The notes below the pieces were generated by a model. It saw nothing but the letters and a program-made list of their open reading frames with translations. It was not told the DNA's origin and searched no databases. Positions 48,257 to 55,523 of a stretch of DNA of 64,000 nucleotides are shown piece after piece (the first letter of the stretch is position 1; each line of letters opens with the position of its first letter). Position numbers and translations under genes: made by a program. Location of the stretch: NCBI GenBank assembly GCA_036744835.1, contig DAIOHD010000001.1:335860-399859 (forward strand), given 5' to 3'. The stretch comes from Candidatus Magasanikiibacteriota bacterium. GTDB taxonomy: Bacteria > Patescibacteriota > Patescibacteriia > Magasanikbacterales > GWA2-37-8.

Positions 48257-48337
48257 GGTTTCCTCCGGTAAAGAAGTTTAAGAACTATTTTAAAATTAGC
48301 ATTAAATATTTTGGTTGTCAATGAGATAAACAAGTAT

Positions 48338-48365
48338 TGAATTTTTCAAATAAATGTGCTATCTT
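48338..48365 (+). promoter_or_regulatory. Promoter TTGAAT-16-TGcTATCTT
   Basis: ttgaatttttcaaataaatgtgctatctt; shares the AAATGTGCTA spacer/extended-10 with three other promoters. Confidence 0.5.
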
Positions 48366-48416
48366 TCTTTTGATTAGTTCCTTGAAAATAAACAACCTTT
48401 CTATTTGGAGGATATC

Positions 48417-49784
48417 ATGAAAGTAAATTTAGTAGGAGTTTCTTCTGTTGCTCCGTTGGGTATGACAGAGTTCGCTGGTAAAACTTGTTATCAAAACGAA
48501 ATGCCAGAGTTCATCAGTGATGAAGAAGAGGCGAAAAAATTTGTTAAAGAAAAACTGTTTTTGCCTTCTCATCACACAACATCAGAACACACCAATTTCA
48601 CATTCTTTTTGGAAGGTATTCCCGTGAGTGATGTGACACTGGGTCTTCATTTGGCTCATCCGTTTTATAATTCGGATCAGCGTTCAGGGAGGTATTGTTC
48701 CAAAATGTTCACTTCTCCTGATTTTGGAGCTATTCGCGCTCACATTATTTCTTTGTGGCCAGAACTTACCCCATTTCAGACTGAAAATGTCATCGGATTT
48801 ATCAAAACCGGGACAGAAATTTATTCAATTTATATGGAGAAAGCAGTTGAGGTTACTGCAAAGCTTCTTCGCAAAGAGAGACCTCATTTGAGTGAAAAAG
48901 GTGTTGCAGAAAGAGCGCCCAAAATTGCTCAGGAACAGCTCCGAATGTTCATTTCCACGATTTTTCCAACTGGCCTGGTTCATACTATTGACATCATCAC
49001 TTTGGTTTCTATGTGGGAATCGGCTTGGTCGCCTGGTATGAGAAAAATGACCGATATGATGAGAGATCATGTGTTGGAAAGATTTCCCCAAACATCCTTC
49101 ATGTTTGATGAAGATCGTCGTTGCAAAGACGATTGGGCTTGTGCTTTGGTAGAAATACCTCCAGATAATATGATTGCTTTTTCTCCCAAAGTTACTAATG
49201 TGAGATTAGACATCTCTCATTTGGCGAAATTGCCCGATGAAAAAATAATGCATCCGGTTGATAAGCTCCATTTTACTCCGGAGTTTATGGATAACAACAC
49301 CAATGATGTTTTGTCGCGAGTTCAGATTTCCTTGGCTACCATGGGTCAGGATCAGCGTCACAGAACCGTCAAAAGGAGTGAGCCCGCTTTTACCGGGGAA
49401 TTTTATCTTCCACCGATTTGTCAGATACTGGGACTTCATGAGATAGCCAGGAATTTTTTTAAGACATGGCTGGAAATGAGGGATTCTATTCCGGCAAGTC
49501 TGCTTGCTGCTATCGCTCCGTATGGTGCAGTAGTTACATACGAGAAAAAAGCAAATTTGAATGCTTTTTTTCATGAGATTGCCAAGCGTTTTTGTTGGCA
49601 GGCGCAGGAGGAGATTTATAACCTCAACATTTTACTAAAAAGAATTATTGAACTTCAATATCAGGATTCTGATATTCTCAGCAAGATGATCCCGCCTTGT
49701 TTTCACAGTGGCAAGTGCGCTGAAGGCGGTCGCTATTGCGGTCGCAACATGGAAAATCGCGAAAGCGATTTCCGAAAGGTTTGA
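48417..49784 (+). CDS. Divergent ThyX (flavin-dependent thymidylate synthase) family protein, elongated, with RHR motif replaced
   Basis: HTTSEHTNFTFFLEGIPVSDVTLGLHLAHPFYNSDQRSGRYCSKM aligns by eye to Thermotoga ThyX [42 protein letters not shown]. The catalytic RHR is AHP here, the protein is 455 aa (ThyX ~220-260), and a second RHR-containing stretch QDQRHRTVKRS is in the C-terminal half. GGAGGA SD. Confidence 0.55.
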   Translation: MKVNLVGVSSVAPLGMTEFAGKTCYQNEMPEFISDEEEAKKFVKEKLFLPSHHTTSEHTNFTFFLEGIPVSDVTLGLHLAHPFYNSDQRSGRYCSKMFTSPDFGAIRAHIISLWPELTPFQTENVIGFIKTGTEIYSIYMEKAVEVTAKLLRKERPHLSEKGVAERAPKIAQEQLRMFISTIFPTGLVHTIDIITLVSMWESAWSPGMRKMTDMMRDHVLERFPQTSFMFDEDRRCKDDWACALVEIPPDNMIAFSPKVTNVRLDISHLAKLPDEKIMHPVDKLHFTPEFMDNNTNDVLSRVQISLATMGQDQRHRTVKRSEPAFTGEFYLPPICQILGLHEIARNFFKTWLEMRDSIPASLLAAIAPYGAVVTYEKKANLNAFFHEIAKRFCWQAQEEIYNLNILLKRIIELQYQDSDILSKMIPPCFHSGKCAEGGRYCGRNMENRESDFRKV

Positions 49785-49798
49785 TATTAAAATTATAA

Positions 49799-49824
49799 GC
49801 GGAGCTCACCCTCCGCTTTTTTTA
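49799..49824 (+). terminator. Intrinsic terminator
   Basis: gcggag-ctcaccct-ctccgc-ttttttt. Confidence 0.75.
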
Positions 49825-49919
49825 ATTTTTTCAATTTCATATCCTTGACTTTCTCTTCAAAATATGTTATGTTCTAACTAGTTTTTTACAATTTATAAAC
49901 GATTTTTTGGAGGTGGGTT

Positions 49920-50501
49920 ATGTTGTCAAAAAAAATTGAAAGGGCAATCTGTCTAGCTGCTAGATTGCACAAAAACCAGCTTCGCAAAGATGGGGAAACA
50001 CCTTATGTTTCTCATTGTTTTGCGGTCGCTTGCGTTTTGAGTCAATACACCAATGAGCAGGAAATAATCATTGCCGGATTACTCCATGATGTATTGGAAG
50101 ATGTTCCTGGATATCTTTATGAAGATATCATACGCGATTTTGGTGAGCGTGTTGCAATCATTGTTCAGGGGGTTAGTGAAGATAAAAACCCTAACGAAGA
50201 AACGGATAAAAAGGCGACATGGGGTGAAAGAAAAGCCAAACAGTTGTCTTCCTTGCGCAATGCTAGTGTCGATGTCCTTCTTGTTTGTTGTGCAGATAAA
50301 ATTCACAACCTCAGATCAACAACCAATGAGTTCGAAGAGACTGGGAAAAAAATTTGGGAAAAGTTCAATGCACCGATCGAGAGACAGCTCTGGTACTATC
50401 AAGAAATTCTTTCTATTATGAAAAACAGGATATCTCTAAATCCGATAGTTCGAGAGCTGGAAATGGCACTGCAGTACTTTACCTGTATTGTTCGTGCCTA
50501 A
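49920..50501 (+). CDS. Rel/SpoT-type HD-domain hydrolase (small alarmone hydrolase-like)
   Basis: GETPYVSHCFAVACVLSQYTNEQEIIIAGLLHDVLEDV matches the (p)ppGpp hydrolase HD domain (GEPYITHPLAVA...LLHDVIED). 193 aa, no synthetase domain. Confidence 0.75.
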   Translation: MLSKKIERAICLAARLHKNQLRKDGETPYVSHCFAVACVLSQYTNEQEIIIAGLLHDVLEDVPGYLYEDIIRDFGERVAIIVQGVSEDKNPNEETDKKATWGERKAKQLSSLRNASVDVLLVCCADKIHNLRSTTNEFEETGKKIWEKFNAPIERQLWYYQEILSIMKNRISLNPIVRELEMALQYFTCIVRA

Positions 50502-50527
50502 AACTCCAGAATCGTTTATTTTTTACT

Positions 50528-50552
50528 ACCGCCCATATCCGGGCGGTTTTCT
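50528..50552 (+). terminator. Intrinsic terminator
   Basis: ccgccc-atatcc-gggcgg-tttt. Confidence 0.6.
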
Positions 50553-50556
50553 TATT

Positions 50557-50670
50557 CACCCCGTGAAATAATTTTTGTTTTAACAAAAATTGGCGCAAAG
50601 CGCCATTTCACAGGGGTAAACCCCGTGAAATTTCGTAATTTCGCTTTAATTTCGTACGTTCGTACGTAAC
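50557..50670. repeat. GC-rich nested-hairpin intergenic element (E3) with an extra 3' copy of the outer-stem 5' arm
   Basis: CACCCCGTGAAAT [aatttttgtt-ttaac-aaaaatt] [ggcg-caaag-cgcc] ATTTCACAGGGGTAAA CCCCGTGAAAT ttcgtaatttcg...cgtacgttcgtacgtaac. Confidence 0.6.
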
Positions 50671-50676
50671 TAATCT

Positions 50677-50705
50677 TTGCAATCTTTTTAAATTTGTGTT
50701 ATAAT
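50677..50705 (+). promoter_or_regulatory. Promoter TTGCAA-17-TGtTATAAT for the metK leader
   Basis: Read directly. Confidence 0.6.
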
Positions 50706-50736
50706 ATTTTCAGACAATTTAATAATTAGTTTTATC

Positions 50737-50845
50737 CAGAGTGCAGTTTGTTTTTTCGCCTTGGCGAAGAATCTAGGGATCTAGCCCGAACACTGCCGAC
50801 AACCGTTGAAAGATGACTCTTTCAAAAAGGTGCCAATTCTAGCCT
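50737..50845 (+). promoter_or_regulatory. Candidate SAM-binding riboswitch aptamer (S-box-like, non-canonical order) in the metK leader
   Basis: Contains AGGGAUC...GCCCGAA...GCCGACAACC, GUUGAAAGAUGAC and GGUGCCAAUUC. These strongly resemble SAM-I/SAM-IV core segments (GGCAACC, GGUGCYAAUUCC), and the element is upstream of metK. The segment order differs from the T. tengcongensis SAM-I I remember, so the class is uncertain. Confidence 0.5.
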
Positions 50846-50870
50846 TAAACTCCGCTTAGCGGGGCGTAGG

Positions 50871-50940
50871 GGAAAGATATCAAGTCGATTTTTTATTTCT
50901 TAAATAAAAAAATATCTTTCCTCAAAAGGGAAAGTTTTTT
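50871..50940 (+). terminator. Riboswitch expression platform: antiterminator (ggaaagatat...atatctttcc) competing with an intrinsic terminator (ctttcc-tcaaaa-ggaaag-tttttt)
   Basis: 10-bp antiterminator stem 50871-80/50912-21. The terminator stem 50916-21/50929-34 reuses ctttcc and is followed by T6 at 50935-40. Confidence 0.6.
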
Positions 50941-50946
50941 ATTGAC

Positions 50947-51037
50947 TGTCATTGCGAGGAATGTAATGACGAAGCAATCCCACAAAGTTCAGAAAGCAGT
51001 GAGATTGCCACGTCGTCTGCGACTCCTCGCAATGACA
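50947..51037. repeat. 91-bp stem-loop: perfect 14-bp inverted repeat tgtcattgcgagga / tcctcgcaatgaca around a 63-nt partly self-complementary spacer
   Basis: Read directly; lies between the leader terminator and the metK ATG. Confidence 0.7.
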
Positions 51038-51082
51038 CCTTACTAATCTTTAAATCTTTAAATTTTTAAATCTTTAAATCTT

Positions 51083-52201
51083 ATGTTCAAAACTTGTGAA
51101 TCAGTTTGTGCCGGACATCCGGACAAAATTTGTGATCAAATTAGCGATGCAATACTTGACGCATGTTTGCGTGAAGACAGTGAAGCCAGAGTAGCCATAG
51201 AATGTCTCATCAAAGACAAACATCTTATCTTGGCCGGTGAGATAACTAGCTCTGCTAATCCCGATTTTATTGCTATTGCCAAAAACACTTTAGAAAAAAT
51301 CGGTTATACAAAAGAGGAAGTAGAAAAATTTCAAATTCAAAATCTTATCGGCAAACAATCTTCCCATATCGCGCAAGGAGTAGATACGGGCGGAGCCGGC
51401 GATCAAGGGATGATGTATGGTTATGCTACGGATGAAACTCCGGAGATGATGCCTCTGCCTAGTTTACTCTCGCATCGTTTATGTCAAAAACTCAACGCCT
51501 TGATGATAGAAGACGCTACTTGTCCGCTCAAACCAGACGGTAAAGCGCAAGTAACTATACTATATGAAAATGATAAACCACTCATGGCCGATACGGTCAT
51601 AGTTTCTGTTCAGCACACACCGGAAATCACTTCTCCTGATTTGGAAAAATATGTTTGGGAAAAAGTCATCCAACCTATTTGTGCTCCTTGGCTCAAAATA
51701 GGTCCTATCATCAATCCGCATTTCAAAGATAAACAAAATACAGAATTTACCAAAATCTTCATCAACCCAACCGGACGTTTTGAAATCGGCGGACCTGAAG
51801 GTGATTGCGGTTTGACCGGTCGTAAAATCGCTGTAGATACTTATGGTGGAATTGGTCGTATCGGCGGGGGAGCATTCTCAGGCAAAGATCCGAGCAAAGT
51901 AGACCGTAGCGCCGCTTATATGGCCCGTTATCTGGCAAAAAAGCTAGTTTCTCTAGGTTTTGCTGGCGAGGTAGAAGTTCGTCTAGCTTATGCTATCGGG
52001 GTAGCGCAACCGGTTGATGTCAGTGTAGATATTATCCGTGGTGACAAAACTCGCCAAAGCGAAGCGGTAAAATATTTACGAGAAAACTTTGATCTCACTC
52101 CATCAGGAATCATAGAATTTTTGCAATTGAAACAACCAATTTATTCCGCAACTTCCGCTTACGGACATTTTGGGAGAAACGGATTTAGTTGGGAAAAATA
52201 A
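51083..52201 (+). CDS. metK: S-adenosylmethionine synthetase
   Basis: CESVCAGHPDKICDQISDAILDACL...GGGAFSGKDPSKVDRSAAY canonical MetK motifs. Confidence 0.92.
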   Translation: MFKTCESVCAGHPDKICDQISDAILDACLREDSEARVAIECLIKDKHLILAGEITSSANPDFIAIAKNTLEKIGYTKEEVEKFQIQNLIGKQSSHIAQGVDTGGAGDQGMMYGYATDETPEMMPLPSLLSHRLCQKLNALMIEDATCPLKPDGKAQVTILYENDKPLMADTVIVSVQHTPEITSPDLEKYVWEKVIQPICAPWLKIGPIINPHFKDKQNTEFTKIFINPTGRFEIGGPEGDCGLTGRKIAVDTYGGIGRIGGGAFSGKDPSKVDRSAAYMARYLAKKLVSLGFAGEVEVRLAYAIGVAQPVDVSVDIIRGDKTRQSEAVKYLRENFDLTPSGIIEFLQLKQPIYSATSAYGHFGRNGFSWEK

Positions 52202-52338
52202 CACACCCAGGTGTGTGAGTTGAAAGTAAAAATTTAAAAAATTGAAGAAATTTAAAAAATTCAAAAGATTAGATAAAATACAAGAATACAATTTCCTACT
52301 AAAGGTGGACGAAGGCGGGTTGAAAGAGATTAAATAAT

Positions 52339-52368
52339 TAAAAACTGTCCCAAAAGGGCAGTTTTTAA
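52339..52368. terminator. Bidirectional intrinsic terminator
   Basis: aaaaactgtccc-aaaa-gggcagttttt. Confidence 0.7.
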
Positions 52369-52403
52369 TATATCATTTAGCTAATATTAGCCAAATCTAC
52401 CTC

Positions 52404-52432
52404 TTGACAAAATCGTTAAAATGTGCTACAAT
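52404..52432 (+). promoter_or_regulatory. Promoter TTGACA-17-TGcTACAAT
   Basis: ttgacaaaatcgttaaaatgtgctacaat. Confidence 0.65.
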
Positions 52433-52477
52433 ACTCTGTTTAGTAGTTCTTTATATACAAACAAAAAGGAGGATGCC

Positions 52478-52606
52478 ATGTTTATTTTCTTTGGAATTAT
52501 TGCTTTTTTACTGGTAATAGCATTGGGATATTATTTTCTTAAAATAGTATTCACAATAATGTTCATCTGTTTTTTGGTGGACATGATAATGGATATTTTA
52601 TTTTAG
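52478..52606 (+). CDS. 42-aa two-TM hydrophobic peptide with perfect SD
   Basis: AAGGAGG 5 nt upstream of ATG 52478; MFIFFGIIAFLLVIALGYYFLKIVFTIMFICFLVDMIMDILF*; followed by a terminator. Confidence 0.5.
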   Translation: MFIFFGIIAFLLVIALGYYFLKIVFTIMFICFLVDMIMDILF

Positions 52607-52621
52607 TAAAACCTTTTTATA

Positions 52622-52648
52622 AGCGGAGCTTCGGCTCCGTTTTTTTGT
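52622..52648 (+). terminator. Intrinsic terminator
   Basis: gcggagc-ttcg-gctccgt-tttttttg. Confidence 0.8.
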
Positions 52649-52705
52649 TGAATTTTTTACAGAAAAAGGGTAAAATAAAGACGATAAATAAATAATTATT
52701 GTTTT

Positions 52706-53629
52706 ATGCCAGAAATTAGTTTACAAGATGCGGGATTTTGCCCCCACGGAAATTATCCCAATCAATGCGATGCTTGTCGTTTTGAATATTTGCATGAAGT
52801 CAAAGAACAAGCACAAAACAATTGCGAAAAAACTATAGAAGAATTTGGTTTAAAAAACAGCCCAACTTTTGCACAGGCGTATGAAAAAATGAAAAATATG
52901 AACCATGGACCTTATCATCAGGAAGGTGGTCCAGATGTTCACGTGTCTTTGGTGTTATGGGAGATGGATAAACTGATAGGGCAAGAAGAAAAAAATTTGA
53001 CTGATGAAGAAAAAAAGATATTACGTCTGAGCGCCTTACTGCATGATATTGGTAAACCAGAGAGCTCGTTTGTTGACCTGCCGACCAAAAAACACATGGA
53101 ATTATTTGAGAGTTCCAAAACAATGTTAAGTCCCGGAGCTTTGGACAAAGCGCAAAAAATAAGAACTGAAATATTAGACAGTATGATGCCGGGAAAAAGA
53201 TCAAAGCCCAAAGAAATGGATTTGGTTCGCACACCTGAGTTTCAAAACAAGGTAGAAGAGATGTTGCAAAATGAAGATGCAGAAGTAAAACGTGCGTTTG
53301 TGCCTAGATTTTTTGATCATGAAACTTTTAGCGCCAATTTATTGGATAAAATCACACAGGAAATAGATTTGAAATTAACACCTGGCCAGATAGAAACTTT
53401 GAAAAAAATTATCGGCAACCACATGGCTTTGTATGCCGATACAACTGGGTTGGAAAAATTTATTGCCAAAGCACTTACCAAAGATGGTCAGTTTGATGAA
53501 AATACTTGGAAAATGCTCAAGATGCAAGTTCGTTCCGATTCCCGTGGGACGTACTCTTATGGCGAACCCAATCGCGATGCAGGGGTAGATAAATTGATAG
53601 AGGGGATTGAAAAAACAAAGATAAAATAA
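52706..53629 (+). CDS. HD-domain phosphohydrolase family protein
   Basis: HGPYHQEGGPDVHVSLVL...LSALLHDIGKP (H...HD metal-binding motif); N-terminal Cys pair (CPHGNYPNQCDAC). Confidence 0.6.
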   Translation: MPEISLQDAGFCPHGNYPNQCDACRFEYLHEVKEQAQNNCEKTIEEFGLKNSPTFAQAYEKMKNMNHGPYHQEGGPDVHVSLVLWEMDKLIGQEEKNLTDEEKKILRLSALLHDIGKPESSFVDLPTKKHMELFESSKTMLSPGALDKAQKIRTEILDSMMPGKRSKPKEMDLVRTPEFQNKVEEMLQNEDAEVKRAFVPRFFDHETFSANLLDKITQEIDLKLTPGQIETLKKIIGNHMALYADTTGLEKFIAKALTKDGQFDENTWKMLKMQVRSDSRGTYSYGEPNRDAGVDKLIEGIEKTKIK

Positions 53630-53650
53630 ATTAATTTAAATAATAATATT

Positions 53651-54136
53651 ATGAAGAATAAAAAACTAATCACAATCACGATTTTGGCCGTCTTGGTTTT
53701 TCTGGGAGCTGGTTGTAAATATGGAAATGAAACCAAACCCGACATCGATCAATCTCCGGGAAATATTGTCGGCGCAGACAGAGACGCACATGGTTGTATC
53801 GGTTCAGCCGGATATTCTTGGTGTGAAGAAAAACAAAAATGTTTGCGTCCTTGGGAAGAAAAATGTGAGGGCGATGCCGGAAATACAGTTTGTGGAATAG
53901 AAAATTGCCATGGATTGGATATTCAATGCGGACCCAATCCAGCGGAAATGTGCACAGAAATTTATCAAATTGGAGATAAGTGTAGAAAATACGCAAAATG
54001 TGGCGTTCAAAACGGTACTTGTCAGCAAATACAAAATGCGCAATTTACGCAATGCAAAGAATGTGTTCAAAATTGTGAAAACAAAAACAATGATGATGTT
54101 ATGAAAATGTTTGAATGCGAGGGAAATTGTAATTAA
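53651..54136 (+). CDS. Cysteine-rich secreted lipoprotein
   Basis: Signal peptide plus lipobox (VLVFLGAGC); >20 Cys in the mature 140 aa; no recognisable domain. Confidence 0.6.
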   Translation: MKNKKLITITILAVLVFLGAGCKYGNETKPDIDQSPGNIVGADRDAHGCIGSAGYSWCEEKQKCLRPWEEKCEGDAGNTVCGIENCHGLDIQCGPNPAEMCTEIYQIGDKCRKYAKCGVQNGTCQQIQNAQFTQCKECVQNCENKNNDDVMKMFECEGNCN

Positions 54137-54254
54137 CATAAAATAAATATTGAATATCCCCTCCTTTTCAAGGAGGGGGGGAGGGGTGGTTAATATCCAA
54201 TATTCTATCTAATCTTTAAATCTTTCAATCTTGTAATCTTGCAATCAAAAAATT

Positions 54255-54503
54255 ATGTCTTTTTTCGTCTATATTGTAAAGTGTTCTGACAAAACTCTTT
54301 ACACCGGCATCACCACTGACTTGAAACGTCGTATTGATGAACATAATTCTTCGGATTTGGGCGCCAAATACACCCGCGCCCGCCGTCCGGTCAAACTCGT
54401 CTGGTCAAAAAAGTTCAAAACCAGATCTTCCGCCGCACGGATGGAGTATAAAATCAAACAGTTGAGTAGAGAGGAAAAAATCGTTTTGATAAAATCTAAA
54501 TAA
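54255..54503 (+). CDS. GIY-YIG nuclease-family protein (UPF0213/YhbQ-like)
   Basis: FFVYIVKCSDKTLYTGITTDLKRRIDEHN...RRP.KLVW GIY-YIG core; 82 aa. Confidence 0.8.
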   Translation: MSFFVYIVKCSDKTLYTGITTDLKRRIDEHNSSDLGAKYTRARRPVKLVWSKKFKTRSSAARMEYKIKQLSREEKIVLIKSK

Positions 54504-54505
54504 CT

Positions 54506-54596
54506 AAACACTTCGCCCTCTAGTTGAAGTGTTTTTATTTGCTTTGTTTTAGCAAAAATTATAGTTCTTGAAGTTTTGGGTGAAAGGGAGTAAAAT
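54506..54596 (+). promoter_or_regulatory. Repeated module copy A: terminator hairpin (aaacacttc...gaagtgttt) + palindromic ttgctttgttttagcaaaa + promoter TTGAAG-17-TAAAAT
   Basis: ~85% identical to copy B at 57272-57362; promoter part also matches 56384-56412. Confidence 0.65.
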
Positions 54597-54626
54597 ATAG
54601 AACATTATAAACAAAAAATAGTTAAC

Positions 54627-55316
54627 ATGTATATTTTTCTCGATGAAAGCGGACAATTTCATAAAAATCATAAAGACGATTATTTTGTGATTGGTTCTTT
54701 TACGATAGGTGACACAAAAAGAACGGCTAAACGTTTTAGATCTTGGTGTCGTACCAGATTTCCTAAAAAAATGTGTAAACAAGCGGAAATTAAATATTCT
54801 GATTCCGGTATATCCGATGAGCTTCGATTGAGAACCTTAAAATTCATTAGTTCTTTGGATGTAAGAGTGCGTTATAGTTTTATGAAAAAAGAAAATATTC
54901 CTGATGAATATAAAACTAAAGATACTTTAGAAAGTGGATTGCTCTATACTGCTATAGTCGGTGAGACCCTTGAATTATATTTACCAACTGATGATAATTT
55001 ATTACATGTTTTTTGTGATCAGCGTAGACTGAAAGGTGTTAGTAAAAAAGAATTTACGGAAAAAATTATACCTCATCTTTTGCCAAATTTATCAAAAGGC
55101 GGACAAATTAAAATTGAAATGGTTGATTCTAAAGAATACCCAAACATTCAAATCGCCGATTGGATTGTAGGTGGAATTGCCTCTTATTTAAATAAAAAAA
55201 ATTTGGGCGATGAAGTATTTACTATATTGAAAAATAATATTATTAGTGAAGGTAAAGAAATGTTTAAAGATTATTGGGATAATAAATATAACAAAAAACC
55301 CAATCTTATAGATTAG
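54627..55316 (+). CDS. DUF3800-family protein
   Basis: MYIFLDESGQF... N-terminal signature of DUF3800, 229 aa. Confidence 0.65.
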   Translation: MYIFLDESGQFHKNHKDDYFVIGSFTIGDTKRTAKRFRSWCRTRFPKKMCKQAEIKYSDSGISDELRLRTLKFISSLDVRVRYSFMKKENIPDEYKTKDTLESGLLYTAIVGETLELYLPTDDNLLHVFCDQRRLKGVSKKEFTEKIIPHLLPNLSKGGQIKIEMVDSKEYPNIQIADWIVGGIASYLNKKNLGDEVFTILKNNIISEGKEMFKDYWDNKYNKKPNLID

Positions 55317-55327
55317 GCATTTTGTTG

Positions 55328-55403
55328 AAGCAGCGTCTCCCAACGCGGAATTCCACAGCTGAAGCCTCAGGTTCCCTGAGGGAGCACCGTGGCGCACTGA
55401 AAG
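55328..55403. other. GC-rich structured segment between convergent genes
   Basis: gcgtctcccaacgcggaattccacagctgaagcctcaggttccctgagggagcaccgtggcgcac, containing cctcag-gttcc-ctgagg hairpin. Not a complete tRNA. Confidence 0.4.
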
Positions 55404-55523
55404 CTATTATTGCATACTTCAATATTAATATACCACAAAATCAGTCTTTAGTCAATATTTATCCACAACACAAATTCCGCCAAATAAGCGGAATTTTTTG
55501 TATGTTTACGATTTTGTTTTTAT

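Noticed and set aside
54158-54190. cccctcctt-ttc-aaggagggg hairpin after the Cys-rich lipoprotein gene as an intrinsic terminator
   Set aside because: Strong GC hairpin but not followed by a T-tract on the + strand (followed by gggaggggtgg). It may still act as a terminator or belong to the GC-hairpin element family, but evidence is insufficient.
55328-55403. tRNA gene
   Set aside because: Has a T-arm-like hairpin but no matching acceptor 5' strand or D/anticodon arms within 80 nt upstream; at most a fragment.
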